NCBI GenBank assembly: GCA_003056085.1 | Contig: LSNK01000002.1 | Span: 1-40,484, forward strand | DNA from: Parcubacteria group bacterium M6-OD1-1 | GTDB lineage: Bacteria; Patescibacteriota; Minisyncoccia; GWC2-36-17; M10-OD1-4 | Direction of reading: 5' to 3' | DNA length: 40,484 nt | Shown here: in pieces, positions 15,471-23,968 of the stretch | Numbering within the stretch: the stretch's first letter is position 1 | How the letters are laid out: every line of letters begins with the position of its first letter | Translations under genes and position numbers: made by a program | Notes under the pieces: model-generated | What the model saw: the letters and a program-made list of their open reading frames with translations, nothing else | Databases searched by the model: none | Told to the model about the DNA's origin: nothing

Positions 15471-15628
15471 TTTTTTATTTACGAAAATCTTCCTCTCTTA
15501 ATTTTGAATGAAATAGAATTGACTGAAAAGTTCCGTGAGGAATATCCTTTTTACTCATCTTAATAATTACAATACGAGTTGGGTTACTATCTTTTTTAAA
15601 TTTAGCATATAAATTTTTTTAAGAAAAA

Positions 15629-16199
15629 TTAATCTATCACATCAACTAACTGAAAATCATTTTTATCAATAAGAAATTTATAAATAAAATCTGACGAGGT
15701 GTCACACACAGAATCAGTAAAGTTGCAATTATAAACTTGTGATAATAGTGCTCTTATGCAACCTTCGTGAGCAACGAAAAGAATTGTATCATCCTTATTA
15801 TTTTCATATTCTTTTATATATGAAAATAATCTGTGCTTCATTACATTAAAACTTTCCCCCCCCCCCCTGGCGCAATTAAATCTGGATCATTTAAATTAAG
15901 CTGTTTTTTACATATTGATCTTGCCTCCCATTTAATTGACCGGAGTTTCTTTCTCTTAATTCGGGCGTATATTCAATTGACGTTTTAATGATATCCATAA
16001 TTATTTTTGCAGTCTGAGAACATCTTCATAGGTCACTCGAGATTATTTTTGTAATATTTTTATTTTTAAGAGATTTCCCTAATTTTATAGCTGCACTTTT
16101 TCCAAGCTTAGTTAATCGAGAATCTTTGTGTCCTTGTAATCTTTTTTGAATATGCCATTCGGCTTGAGGGTGTCTAATTATAAAAAGAATTATGATTAT
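15629..16199 (-). pseudogene. Histidine phosphatase (phosphoglycerate-mutase-like) family gene, disrupted
   Basis: Manual translation gives IILFIIRHPQAEWH...RLTKLGKSAAIKLGKSL...KIISSDL[TGA]RCSQTAKII...PELRERNSGQLNG. This is followed by a frame change at a T6/A6 run (15904-15909), then ...LNLNDPDLIAPGGG, then a frame change at the C12/G12 run, then ESFNVMKHRLFSYI...ILFVAHEGCIRALL. There is no ATG at the family-typical start (ATA ATC ATA ATT). Confidence 0.75.
15856..15867. repeat. C12 homopolymer (G12 on the coding strand) inside the phosphatase pseudogene
   Basis: Read directly as actttCCCCCCCCCCCCtgg. Lengths of 7, 10 or 13 would restore the ...APGG(G)ESF... frame. 12 does not. Confidence 0.9.
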
Positions 16200-16246
16200 A
16201 AATTAATATAAATAATTTATTTAACTGTATAATACAGATAGTCTAA

Positions 16247-16630
16247 CTATATTTTTAAAATTAAATTATCTTTAATTTTATCAGTTAAAGAGAAATCCGT
16301 TAACTCATCTGGTTTGTGCCGAAAAACATCAAATCCTTTTTCATTATATCTTGGAACCAAATGCCAATGAACCTGACTTACTTCGTCCATATAAATTAAA
16401 TAAATTTTTGTTACTTTCAAAGATTTAAGTAATGCATTTCTAACCTCATCAACTTTGTCCATTAAATATTCATAATCTTTTTTTGGAAGCAAATGTAAAT
16501 CAGAAACAGATTTTTTCCATACAACAACAGTATGACCTTTAATAATCGGATAATTAGCTAAACAGGCATATAATTTTGCATCTTCATAAATCATTGCTTG
16601 ATTAAACGGTTTTGGTAACTTAGTTTTCAT
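16247..16630 (-). CDS. HIT (histidine triad) family nucleotide hydrolase/transferase
   Basis: Histidine-triad-like motif QVHWHLVPRY near the C-terminus and GHTVVVWK upstream. The start is set at the internal ATG (MKTKLPKPF...) rather than the ORF-track start. Confidence 0.65.
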   Translation of the reverse strand: MKTKLPKPFNQAMIYEDAKLYACLANYPIIKGHTVVVWKKSVSDLHLLPKKDYEYLMDKVDEVRNALLKSLKVTKIYLIYMDEVSQVHWHLVPRYNEKGFDVFRHKPDELTDFSLTDKIKDNLILKI

Positions 16631-16712
16631 AATAATTAGATAATTATAAATCCATATAAATAGCATGCTCTAAACCTACGCATGACATGATTATCACTTT
16701 AACTATTATAGT

Positions 16713-17159
16713 TTATATTTTTATTTCTGTTAAATTTTGATTTATAACTATTGGTTTCATTCCTAAAATTTCTTCCTTACAACCAATTTCCGGAACATTA
16801 TTTAATAAAAATAGTTTCTTATTAAGATGAAACGCAAGACCCATTTCCAATAGTGTATTTGCTCCTACATAATTTAACACATCATTTTTATCATAATTTA
16901 AAATCAAAACAGCATCACTCCATTCAACCTTTTGAAAATGCGCTCTCATGGCCTCCTCTTTTCTGTCCCAAATCCAACTTGTATCATTAGTTTCGGCTTT
17001 TCTTTTAGCATAATATTCTTTTACAGGAATCATATTACCATCTTCGTTTTTGACTTCAAAAGGAGGCAATTTAACTCGGTGTTTGAGCTGTTCTAATTTT
17101 TTCCTTACATCAAGCATTTCATCATAAAATGCTATGCTCCCACAGATTGTGATTTTCAT
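16713..17159 (-). CDS. Nucleoside 2-deoxyribosyltransferase / DNPH1(Rcl)-like protein (putative)
   Basis: The N-terminal MKITICGSIAF resembles the (Y)FCGSIRGG motif. A later ...NTLLEMGLAF... provides the conserved Glu-x-Gly. About 150 aa. Confidence 0.45.
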   Translation of the reverse strand: MKITICGSIAFYDEMLDVRKKLEQLKHRVKLPPFEVKNEDGNMIPVKEYYAKRKAETNDTSWIWDRKEEAMRAHFQKVEWSDAVLILNYDKNDVLNYVGANTLLEMGLAFHLNKKLFLLNNVPEIGCKEEILGMKPIVINQNLTEIKI

Positions 17160-17205
17160 AATTTATTTTTAGAATAAATTTTAACTCCTTTTTTAAAAAT
17201 CCATC

Positions 17206-18078
17206 TTAGATTTTATTTTTGCTTCCGCAAATTTCTATTTTCTCTTGCGTTGTTTTTTGAGTGGCATCTTGCGCAGGAGCTATAAATTTATAAGGAGTGG
17301 TCTCCCCCGCCTCAAGCGCTTTTTTCAATGCGCCTGCAAATGCAAGTCTAAGTTCCGTATTTATATTTATTTTTCTTATACCCAACTCCACAGCCTTTTT
17401 AATATCATCATCCGGAATTCCAGATCCTCCATGAAGCACCAAAACACATTTTTCTTTTAATATTTCATGAAGTTCGGAAAGCCTTTCAAAATCAAGTTTT
17501 GGCTTTGTAATGTTGGAAATTCCATGCATATTGCCTATGGAAACTCCCAACCTGTCTATTCCTGTCGCCTCCACAAACTCCAAAGCCTGCTTTGGACTCG
17601 TTAAATTTTCTTCTTTTATCTCAACCGCCTCTGTTAGTATCTTTGAAGATCCGGGACCTCCTATTTGCCCCAACTCCCCTTCAACAGAAATATTTTCATT
17701 TACCTTACGCGCCATATCTACCGCTTTTTTTGTAATTTCTAAATTTTCTTCATAAGGAAGTAAAGACCCGTCAATATGAATTGAATTATAACCCGCATCA
17801 AGATACTCTCTAACTTTTTCTAAAGATTTAGTATGATCAGCATTTAATATTGACGCTATACCGGTTTCTTTTTCATAAACCTCAGCGAGCGCAATAGCTT
17901 GCCTAAGACCTAAAAACTTCCCTTCGCCCTCCGATGTCCCAAAAATAAACGGAGATTTCAGCTCAAGAGCGACTTTTGCCACCGCTTTCATTTGATCCGC
18001 AGAAGAAACATTTAGTTGCGGTATAGCATAACCGCCATCTTCAGCTTTTTTAAAAAATTGTTTTGTATTTAAGTTCAT
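17206..18078 (-). CDS. fba: Class II fructose-bisphosphate aldolase
   Basis: LNADHTKS, SVEGELGQIGG, NMHG and VLHGGSGIPDDDIKKAVELGIRKININTEL are class II FBA/tagatose-bisphosphate aldolase family motifs. Confidence 0.88.
   Translation of the reverse strand: MNLNTKQFFKKAEDGGYAIPQLNVSSADQMKAVAKVALELKSPFIFGTSEGEGKFLGLRQAIALAEVYEKETGIASILNADHTKSLEKVREYLDAGYNSIHIDGSLLPYEENLEITKKAVDMARKVNENISVEGELGQIGGPGSSKILTEAVEIKEENLTSPKQALEFVEATGIDRLGVSIGNMHGISNITKPKLDFERLSELHEILKEKCVLVLHGGSGIPDDDIKKAVELGIRKININTELRLAFAGALKKALEAGETTPYKFIAPAQDATQKTTQEKIEICGSKNKI
17214..17301. repeat. Direct repeat copy B (the functional fba 3' end)
   Basis: See 15383-15470. This copy lies inside the intact fba CDS. Confidence 0.9.
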
Positions 18079-18130
18079 TTATTTAATTTATTATTTTGAA
18101 TTTGTGTTTAGTTTTTAATTTTTTTAAAAA

Positions 18131-19399
18131 TTAAAAACTAATATATCCTTTGGTAAAGTCATTGACTATCATCTCTTCCATCTTTTCTTGTCCTCCAACA
18201 TACTCCATGAAAAGTTTATTCCATAAAGCCTCTTGGTGATGATACAAATATTTAATCATCTCCTTGTCCATAACAAGAGACATAACTGTATCAATTAAAT
18301 TTAAACTCACTAAGTCATCAATCCCGGCTTCTGTTTTGAAAAAATCTCCAGCATAATCAAGATTTTCCCAAAAATCCAATCCTGCATCGGGAAATCTCTT
18401 GCTAAAGTCAGCTACATTCTGTTCGGCTTTACTCCAATGCAAAGCCTCTGGGTTAACATGCGGTTCAAAAAGCCTCCAATCATATTCATCGTCTTTTGCC
18501 AAATATCTTTGAACAATCATCCAATCAGCCACTTTTCCCTCGGGAAATCTCTCATCTAAAACATCACCTCTTAAAGACGAAATGAGTCTTTCTGAAAAAA
18601 CTTCCGGTTTTTCAGAATATTTTTGAAATAACCTGGAATAGAAAGTAACCTCATTTAAATAATGTAACACAAGAGAAAATAAACGCATGGTTTCACCAGA
18701 CACTTTTAATTCTAAAGGTATAACAAAAATAATACCTAACTCTTTTAAATGAGAAACATTGTGATATTTCTTCTTCAAAAATTTTTCTGCGGCTTTCAAC
18801 CATTTTCCGTCTAAAACCTTAACCTCTATCGGTCTCATTTCAAAATCATCAACTGTTAAATCATTATATTGAGCAAAAAATACATTATTTAACCACTCCA
18901 TATCTTCTAAAAACCTCAGAGCGGAAAATACTTGATACAACTCCTCCTTCTCTAAAAGCTCATCAACGCCTGAATACCCTAAAGCTTCTATAATTTTAAG
19001 TGGTGGTTGATTTCTTAAAAATTCTTCGGCTTTTTCTCTCTTTAAGAAAAATCCCTCCGGGACTCCGGAAATTTCCTGTGCAAAATTAAGCAAAGTTTTG
19101 CATCCTTCATAACTTATAGAACGAGGCTCTTTTAAAAGTTTAAAAATCTTTTCATCATTTTCTTTTATGCGTTTTATTAAAGAATTATACACTTCAAAAT
19201 GAAACGCATCTCTTCTTACTCCAAGACTTGAAAGAGCTTTTTCCGTTAATAATTCATTTTCCTCCATAATTTTCTGAGGTACATTTTTTCTTCCGGTTAC
19301 ATCTTCCATTCTTTCACATACATTAAACACATTTTTTCTATCTGCTCTTAAAATTCTCGCTATTTTTTTTATTGCATCTTCATTTGTTATTGATCCCAT
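18131..19399 (-). CDS. Hypothetical 422-aa soluble protein with no recognisable motif
   Basis: A long uninterrupted ORF embedded between fba and a PfkB-family kinase in a co-directional sugar-phosphate gene string. Confidence 0.6.
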   Translation of the reverse strand: MGSITNEDAIKKIARILRADRKNVFNVCERMEDVTGRKNVPQKIMEENELLTEKALSSLGVRRDAFHFEVYNSLIKRIKENDEKIFKLLKEPRSISYEGCKTLLNFAQEISGVPEGFFLKREKAEEFLRNQPPLKIIEALGYSGVDELLEKEELYQVFSALRFLEDMEWLNNVFFAQYNDLTVDDFEMRPIEVKVLDGKWLKAAEKFLKKKYHNVSHLKELGIIFVIPLELKVSGETMRLFSLVLHYLNEVTFYSRLFQKYSEKPEVFSERLISSLRGDVLDERFPEGKVADWMIVQRYLAKDDEYDWRLFEPHVNPEALHWSKAEQNVADFSKRFPDAGLDFWENLDYAGDFFKTEAGIDDLVSLNLIDTVMSLVMDKEMIKYLYHHQEALWNKLFMEYVGGQEKMEEMIVNDFTKGYISF

Positions 19400-19438
19400 T
19401 TGTTTTTTCTATCTTTAATAATATTAATTTATAAAATT

Positions 19439-20416
19439 TTAATAACATACATCTTTTGACACTTTAACTTTCGGATACTTCCCCCACTTGCCCTTTTTTA
19501 AAATTCCTGTTTTTGCAGAATAATACTGAATAACTGATGTTGAATTTGCTGTTCCTGTTTGTATCGCATAAGAAATATCATTTCCATGCAAAAGCGCTGA
19601 AACAAACCCCGAACCAAAAGCGTCCCCCGCTCCCGTTCTTTCTACAATAGGAGACTTCGGTATTCCCGCGCAATATATATCTTTCCCATCTGAGACAGAC
19701 ACTCCTTTTGGGCCTTTTGTCATAACAACTATATCAGAAATCATTTCATCGAGGGCTTGAAAAATTTCCGTTTCTTTTTCAAACGGAATTTTTAAAAGCT
19801 CAGCGGCTTCATCTTGATTTAAAATAAGAACATGAACTTTTTTTAAAAGCGGTTTCAATTTAGAAAGACCCGCTTTAAGTTCTTTGCTCCCTGGATTAAA
19901 AGCTACATATATATTATTCTTTTTTGCATAATTTAGCAAATTTGAAAGCAATGTTAAATTTCCAGCAAGTGAGGAAATATAAAACCATTTTGCTCTTAAT
20001 TTACTCAAATTAATATCGGAAAATTTAATATCGGCAGAAACTCCTCTTTTTACCAAAATAACCCTTGAGCCGTCTGTTGCTGTTATTAAAGTAGAATATC
20101 CTGTTTCGGGCCTTTTGTCTTTTTGTGCAAAACTGCCGGAGATTCCCTCTTTTTTTAAATCATTTAAAATATCTTTTCCTGTGGCATCATCTCCAACCCT
20201 AACGACACAAGCAGTTTTTAAACCTTGTCTTGCAAATGTAACAGCTGCGTTAGTTGCGCCGCCACCGGTTGATAAAAATATTTCATCAACTTCATTTTTT
20301 GACCCTAAAGGAAAACTAAGAACTTTCCCTGCGCCGATAGCTTGAGGTTTAAAATTTTTACTTTTTAAAAAGACATCTCTTGTCGCCGCTCCTATTGTTA
20401 TGACATCATACTCCAT
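19439..20416 (-). CDS. PfkB-family carbohydrate kinase (ribokinase/phosphofructokinase-B-like)
   Basis: N-terminal MEYDVITIGAATRDVF, TGGGATNAA and the C-terminal anion-hole motif TGAGDAFGSGF. The start is set at an internal ATG. Confidence 0.8.
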   Translation of the reverse strand: MEYDVITIGAATRDVFLKSKNFKPQAIGAGKVLSFPLGSKNEVDEIFLSTGGGATNAAVTFARQGLKTACVVRVGDDATGKDILNDLKKEGISGSFAQKDKRPETGYSTLITATDGSRVILVKRGVSADIKFSDINLSKLRAKWFYISSLAGNLTLLSNLLNYAKKNNIYVAFNPGSKELKAGLSKLKPLLKKVHVLILNQDEAAELLKIPFEKETEIFQALDEMISDIVVMTKGPKGVSVSDGKDIYCAGIPKSPIVERTGAGDAFGSGFVSALLHGNDISYAIQTGTANSTSVIQYYSAKTGILKKGKWGKYPKVKVSKDVCY

Positions 20417-20502
20417 AGTTATAAAGTTAAAAGTTATCAAATTATAGAGTTATTTTTAACTTTATAACTTGATAACTTGTTGCTTTCTACTTTTAACTTT
20501 TG

Positions 20503-21489
20503 TTATTTTCTTTTAATTGCTTTTTTTACCGCTTCTAAAATACCGTCTACACTCATGCCGTATTTTTCAAGAAGTTCTTCCGGAGCACCCGACTCTCCAA
20601 ACGAATCCTGCATCCCAACCATTTCAACAGGCACTGGATGATTTTTGCTCAAAACTTCACAAACAGCAGAGCCCATACCTCCGTTTACCTGATGCTCCTC
20701 AACAGTAACAATAGCTCCCGTTTTTTTAGCCGCTTCCAAAATAGCATCTTCATCTATCGGTTTTATTGTATGATTATTTAAAACCAAGACAGAAATACCC
20801 TCCTCTTCCAATTTTTTTGCCGCAATAAGCGCTTTATAAACCAAAGGACCGCAAGCCACTATTGCCGCATCGTTTCCATCTTTCAGCAAATTTGCCTTCC
20901 CAATTTCAAAAGGTGTTTTTTCGGTTGTAAATACAGGGTCTTTTTCCCTCGCAAACCTTATATAAACAGGTCCTTTGTGTTCCGCAGCCGCCTCAACCGC
21001 TTTTTTAGTCTCAAGATAGTCGGCGGGAGCCATAACTATTAAATTTGGAAGGCATCTTGTTATAGCAATATCCTCAAGAGCCTGATGAGTCGCCCCGTCC
21101 GGACCAACCGAAATACCCGTATGCGCCCCTGCTATTTTAACATTTGCATTATTATAACAAACATTAACTCTTATTTGATCCCAGTTTCTTCCCGGAGAAA
21201 AAACTCCATAAGAGGAGATAAATGGAATTTTCCCGGCTACAGCCATACCGGCGGCAACGCTTGCCATATTTTGTTCGGAAATTCCCATTTCAAAATACCT
21301 TTCAGGAAATTCTTTCTGAAAAAAAGATATTCTGGTGGAATCTGTCAGGTCAGCGCACAAAGCCACGACATTCTCATTTTTTTTTCCGGAGTTTACCAAC
21401 CCTTCCCCAAACCCATTTCTTGTTGGAACTTTTTCCATTCTTTCTTCGTCAAATAAATTTTCAACTAAATTCATTTCTTCGTTTATCAT
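20503..21489 (-). CDS. Transketolase, C-terminal (pyrimidine-binding) subunit
   Basis: FPERYFEMGISEQNM, GPDGATHQALEDIA, and a 328-aa size typical of split transketolase subunit B. Confidence 0.9.
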   Translation of the reverse strand: MINEEMNLVENLFDEERMEKVPTRNGFGEGLVNSGKKNENVVALCADLTDSTRISFFQKEFPERYFEMGISEQNMASVAAGMAVAGKIPFISSYGVFSPGRNWDQIRVNVCYNNANVKIAGAHTGISVGPDGATHQALEDIAITRCLPNLIVMAPADYLETKKAVEAAAEHKGPVYIRFAREKDPVFTTEKTPFEIGKANLLKDGNDAAIVACGPLVYKALIAAKKLEEEGISVLVLNNHTIKPIDEDAILEAAKKTGAIVTVEEHQVNGGMGSAVCEVLSKNHPVPVEMVGMQDSFGESGAPEELLEKYGMSVDGILEAVKKAIKRK

Positions 21490-21570
21490 AAATTTTATGT
21501 AAAGCTTAAAGTTATCAAGCTGTTTTTAACTTTCAACTTTATAACTTTACAACTTTCTACTTTTAAGCTT

Positions 21571-22431
21571 CTACTCGTGCTCCGATTTAATTTTCCCTCC
21601 TAAAGTTCTTAACTGGTTGAGAGACTCTTTTGCTTCTTCTTTATTTGGCGGTTTTCCGTGCCATTCAAATTTAAATTCCATAAAATCAACTCCTTTACCC
21701 GGTATTGTATGCGCAATAATCATAGTCGGTTTTTCATATATCGCTTTTGCCTCCTCACAGGCGTTCACAATCTGTTCTATGTTGTGCCCGTCAACCTCTA
21801 TTACATGCCACCCAAAAGCGCTATATTTTTCAACCAAAGAATCCAAAGGCATAACATCTTCAGTAAAACCGTCTATCTGAATATTATTTCTGTCTAAAAT
21901 TGCAGTTAAGTTATTAAGTTTGTATCTCGCTGCGCACAAAACAGCTTCCCACGTCTGACCCTCATCATGCTCTCCGTCAGAAACTGCGCAATAAACTCTA
22001 TAATCTTTTTTATCAAGCTTAGCAGCTAAAGCGGTGCCAATCGCCTGAGACAACCCTTGTCCTAAAGGACCTGAAGTACTCTCTAAACCCGGTAAGGTTT
22101 CTCTATGAGGATGTCCTTGCAGTCTTGTCCCGAATTTTCTTAATGTCATCAGTTCTTTTTTTGGAAAATATCCGGCGTGCGCCATAGCTGTATAAAGACC
22201 CGGGGCTATATGTCCGTGAGATAAGAAAAATCTGTCTCTGTCTTCCCAGTCAGGATTTTTAGGATCATATTTTAAAACATGAAAATACAGAGCGCAAAAA
22301 ACATCCATAAACCCCAAAGGTCCAGCTGAATGCCCGCTTCCCGCTTCAAGAAGCATCTGAATCAAATCTTGCCTCATTTCGTTTGCTTTTTCTTCCAATT
22401 GTTTTATTTTGTCATCATGTATATAACTCAT
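21571..22431 (-). CDS. Transketolase, N-terminal (TPP-binding) subunit
   Basis: GSGHSAGPLG, SHGHIAPGLY and SDGEHDEGQTWEA (GDG-type TPP motif). 286 aa. Confidence 0.9.
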   Translation of the reverse strand: MSYIHDDKIKQLEEKANEMRQDLIQMLLEAGSGHSAGPLGFMDVFCALYFHVLKYDPKNPDWEDRDRFFLSHGHIAPGLYTAMAHAGYFPKKELMTLRKFGTRLQGHPHRETLPGLESTSGPLGQGLSQAIGTALAAKLDKKDYRVYCAVSDGEHDEGQTWEAVLCAARYKLNNLTAILDRNNIQIDGFTEDVMPLDSLVEKYSAFGWHVIEVDGHNIEQIVNACEEAKAIYEKPTMIIAHTIPGKGVDFMEFKFEWHGKPPNKEEAKESLNQLRTLGGKIKSEHE

Positions 22432-23066
22432 AAATTTTGTAATTTTAAAATAGCTTCTTTAATATCACCACTTTTAAAAATAGTGTTCCCCACCGAAAGC
22501 CTGTCTGCCCCAGCTTTTAGGAGTTCTTTTGCAGACTCAATATTAACGCCACCGTCAATTTCCACTTTAACATTTGAACTCTTTTCTTTCAAAGCGGTTA
22601 TTTTGGGGATAACTCTGGCATCAAACGCTTTTCCATAATATCCTATCTCATCAATACTCATAAGCTGCACCGCATCAACCTTATTTAAAAGACCCTCAAC
22701 ATCACTAAGCTCCGTTTCCATTTTTAATGCAAGCCCAACTTCAATTCCTGCGGACTTTAATTCTTCTATCATTTTAAGAATATTTAAATAAGAAGTGGAT
22801 TCAAAATGAATTAAAATTCTGTCTACCCCGGACTCTATCCATTCTTGGGTTTTTGTTTCCGGATTCTGAACCATTAAATGGGCCTCTATCTTAAGATTTG
22901 TTTTTAATCTTTTTAAGTCTTTCGGTTCATACCAAGTAACAGGCGGAACAAAAACCCCATCCATAACATCAATCTGAACCCAAGAAACCAAACCTTCCAC
23001 CCGCTTGATTTTTTCCTCAAGTTCTTTAAAGTCTTTTGCTATAATTGCCGGTAATATTTCATTCAT
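22428..23066 (-). CDS. rpe: Ribulose-phosphate 3-epimerase
   Basis: QIDVMDGVFVPP, ILIHFES and EIDGGVN. 212 aa, with an ATGA overlap with the transketolase N subunit. Confidence 0.88.
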   Translation of the reverse strand: MNEILPAIIAKDFKELEEKIKRVEGLVSWVQIDVMDGVFVPPVTWYEPKDLKRLKTNLKIEAHLMVQNPETKTQEWIESGVDRILIHFESTSYLNILKMIEELKSAGIEVGLALKMETELSDVEGLLNKVDAVQLMSIDEIGYYGKAFDARVIPKITALKEKSSNVKVEIDGGVNIESAKELLKAGADRLSVGNTIFKSGDIKEAILKLQNL

Positions 23067-23075
23067 ATTAATTGC

Positions 23076-23084
23076 ATTATATCA
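23076..23084 (-). promoter_or_regulatory. Extended -10 (TGaTATAAT) 9 nt upstream of the rpe ATG
   Basis: The minus strand reads aaTGATATAATgcaattaatATG. There is no SD. Confidence 0.4.
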
Positions 23085-23106
23085 TTAAAAAAACTAAAAT
23101 CAAAAA

Positions 23107-23150
23107 CCACCGTAGCATATGGTGACGACCGTCACCATATGCTACGGTGG
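23107..23150. repeat. Long perfect hairpin (about 20 bp stem) with GACGACCGTC centre, located between divergent gene starts
   Basis: ccaccgtagcatatggtgacg ac cgtcaccatatgctacggtgg, flanked by A5 and T6. Confidence 0.85.
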
Positions 23151-23248
23151 TTTTTTATCTTTTAATTGAAAATTTTCCAAAAAATATTCGGTTCTTTAAT
23201 ATTCCATATTAAATAATTTTATATATTAATTTGGTTATTTTAAAGATA

Positions 23249-23277
23249 TTGCCACAAATTTTTATATATTATACAAT
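23249..23277 (+). promoter_or_regulatory. Sigma70-type promoter placed for a leaderless transcript of the 23284 gene
   Basis: TTGCCA (23249-23254), a 17-nt spacer, then TACAAT (23272-23277). Only 6 nt separate the -10 from the ATG. Confidence 0.45.
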
Positions 23278-23283
23278 TTAAGC

Positions 23284-23940
23284 ATGGAAACTCAAAAAAC
23301 AAGCAACAAATGGAAACAAACTTTTATAATAGTAGGCGTTGTTTTTGCCATTTTTGTAATTCAACACTATTTTAGAAGATTTGGACAACCTATAGAAACA
23401 ATTTATTTCAAAATTCTGTTTAATTCTATAGCATTAACAGGTACTATTCTTTTAGGACTTAGTTATATACTCGGACCGCTTGCAAGACTCTGGCCAAAAA
23501 AATGGACATCAAAACTTGAGCTTAGAATGCCTTTGGGAATTATAGGAGTTGGTTTTATAACTTTACATGCTTTTTTAGCTTTAATTATTCTAAACCCGGC
23601 ATACTACTCTAAAATGTTTGCAGAATCCGGCAAATTAAATACTTTGGGAGAGCTTTCAATTCTTTTTGGAGTAATAGGATTTATAACATTTATTATCATC
23701 GCCATCACCTCTCTTCCTCAAATAGCAGAAAATATGGGAAGAGCCGCATGGAAAAAAGTTCAAAAACTTGGATTTTGGATCCTTGGACTTTCAACTCTGC
23801 ATTTTGCCATTTTAAAATGGCGAGGCTGGTTTGTTTGGGAAAATTGGCACAATGGCATTCCTTCAGGAACGCTTGTTGCAACAACATTTATTTTGATTGT
23901 TTTTTTAATGCATTTTTTAGCTTATTTAAAAAAACAATAA
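23284..23940 (+). CDS. Ferric-reductase-like / MsrQ(YedZ)-like six-TM membrane protein (putative heme-binding)
   Basis: About six TM helices. Conserved His residues sit in TM contexts LRMPLGIIGVGFITLHAFLAL and WKKVQKLGFWILGLSTLHFAIL, reminiscent of the ferric_reduct domain. Confidence 0.45.
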   Translation: METQKTSNKWKQTFIIVGVVFAIFVIQHYFRRFGQPIETIYFKILFNSIALTGTILLGLSYILGPLARLWPKKWTSKLELRMPLGIIGVGFITLHAFLALIILNPAYYSKMFAESGKLNTLGELSILFGVIGFITFIIIAITSLPQIAENMGRAAWKKVQKLGFWILGLSTLHFAILKWRGWFVWENWHNGIPSGTLVATTFILIVFLMHFLAYLKKQ

Positions 23941-23968
23941 ACCGTTGATTTTATTATACTCTAAACTA

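Noticed and set aside
15471-15628. 27-aa minus-strand ORF (MSKKDIPHGTFQSILFHSKLREEDFRK) between the phosphatase pseudogene and the fba fragment
   Set aside because: It is very short, has no SD or promoter, and sits in a region that is evidently decaying. It is probably a gene remnant or chance ORF.
16026-16028. In-frame TGA in the histidine phosphatase gene as evidence for TGA recoding (genetic code 25 or 4)
   Set aside because: TGA clearly functions as a stop elsewhere in the window (the rhodanese-like, rpe and mreD genes end in ATGA overlaps). All long genes are also intact under the standard code. The codon is therefore treated as a nonsense lesion.
16631-16666. ORF-track N-terminal extensions of the HIT gene (to 16666) and of the PfkB kinase (20417..20440)
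   Set aside because: The extensions encode hydrophobic or low-complexity residues (MLFIWIYNYLII, MITFNFIT) before a family-typical N-terminus at an internal ATG. The kinase extension also overlaps the repeated intercistronic element.
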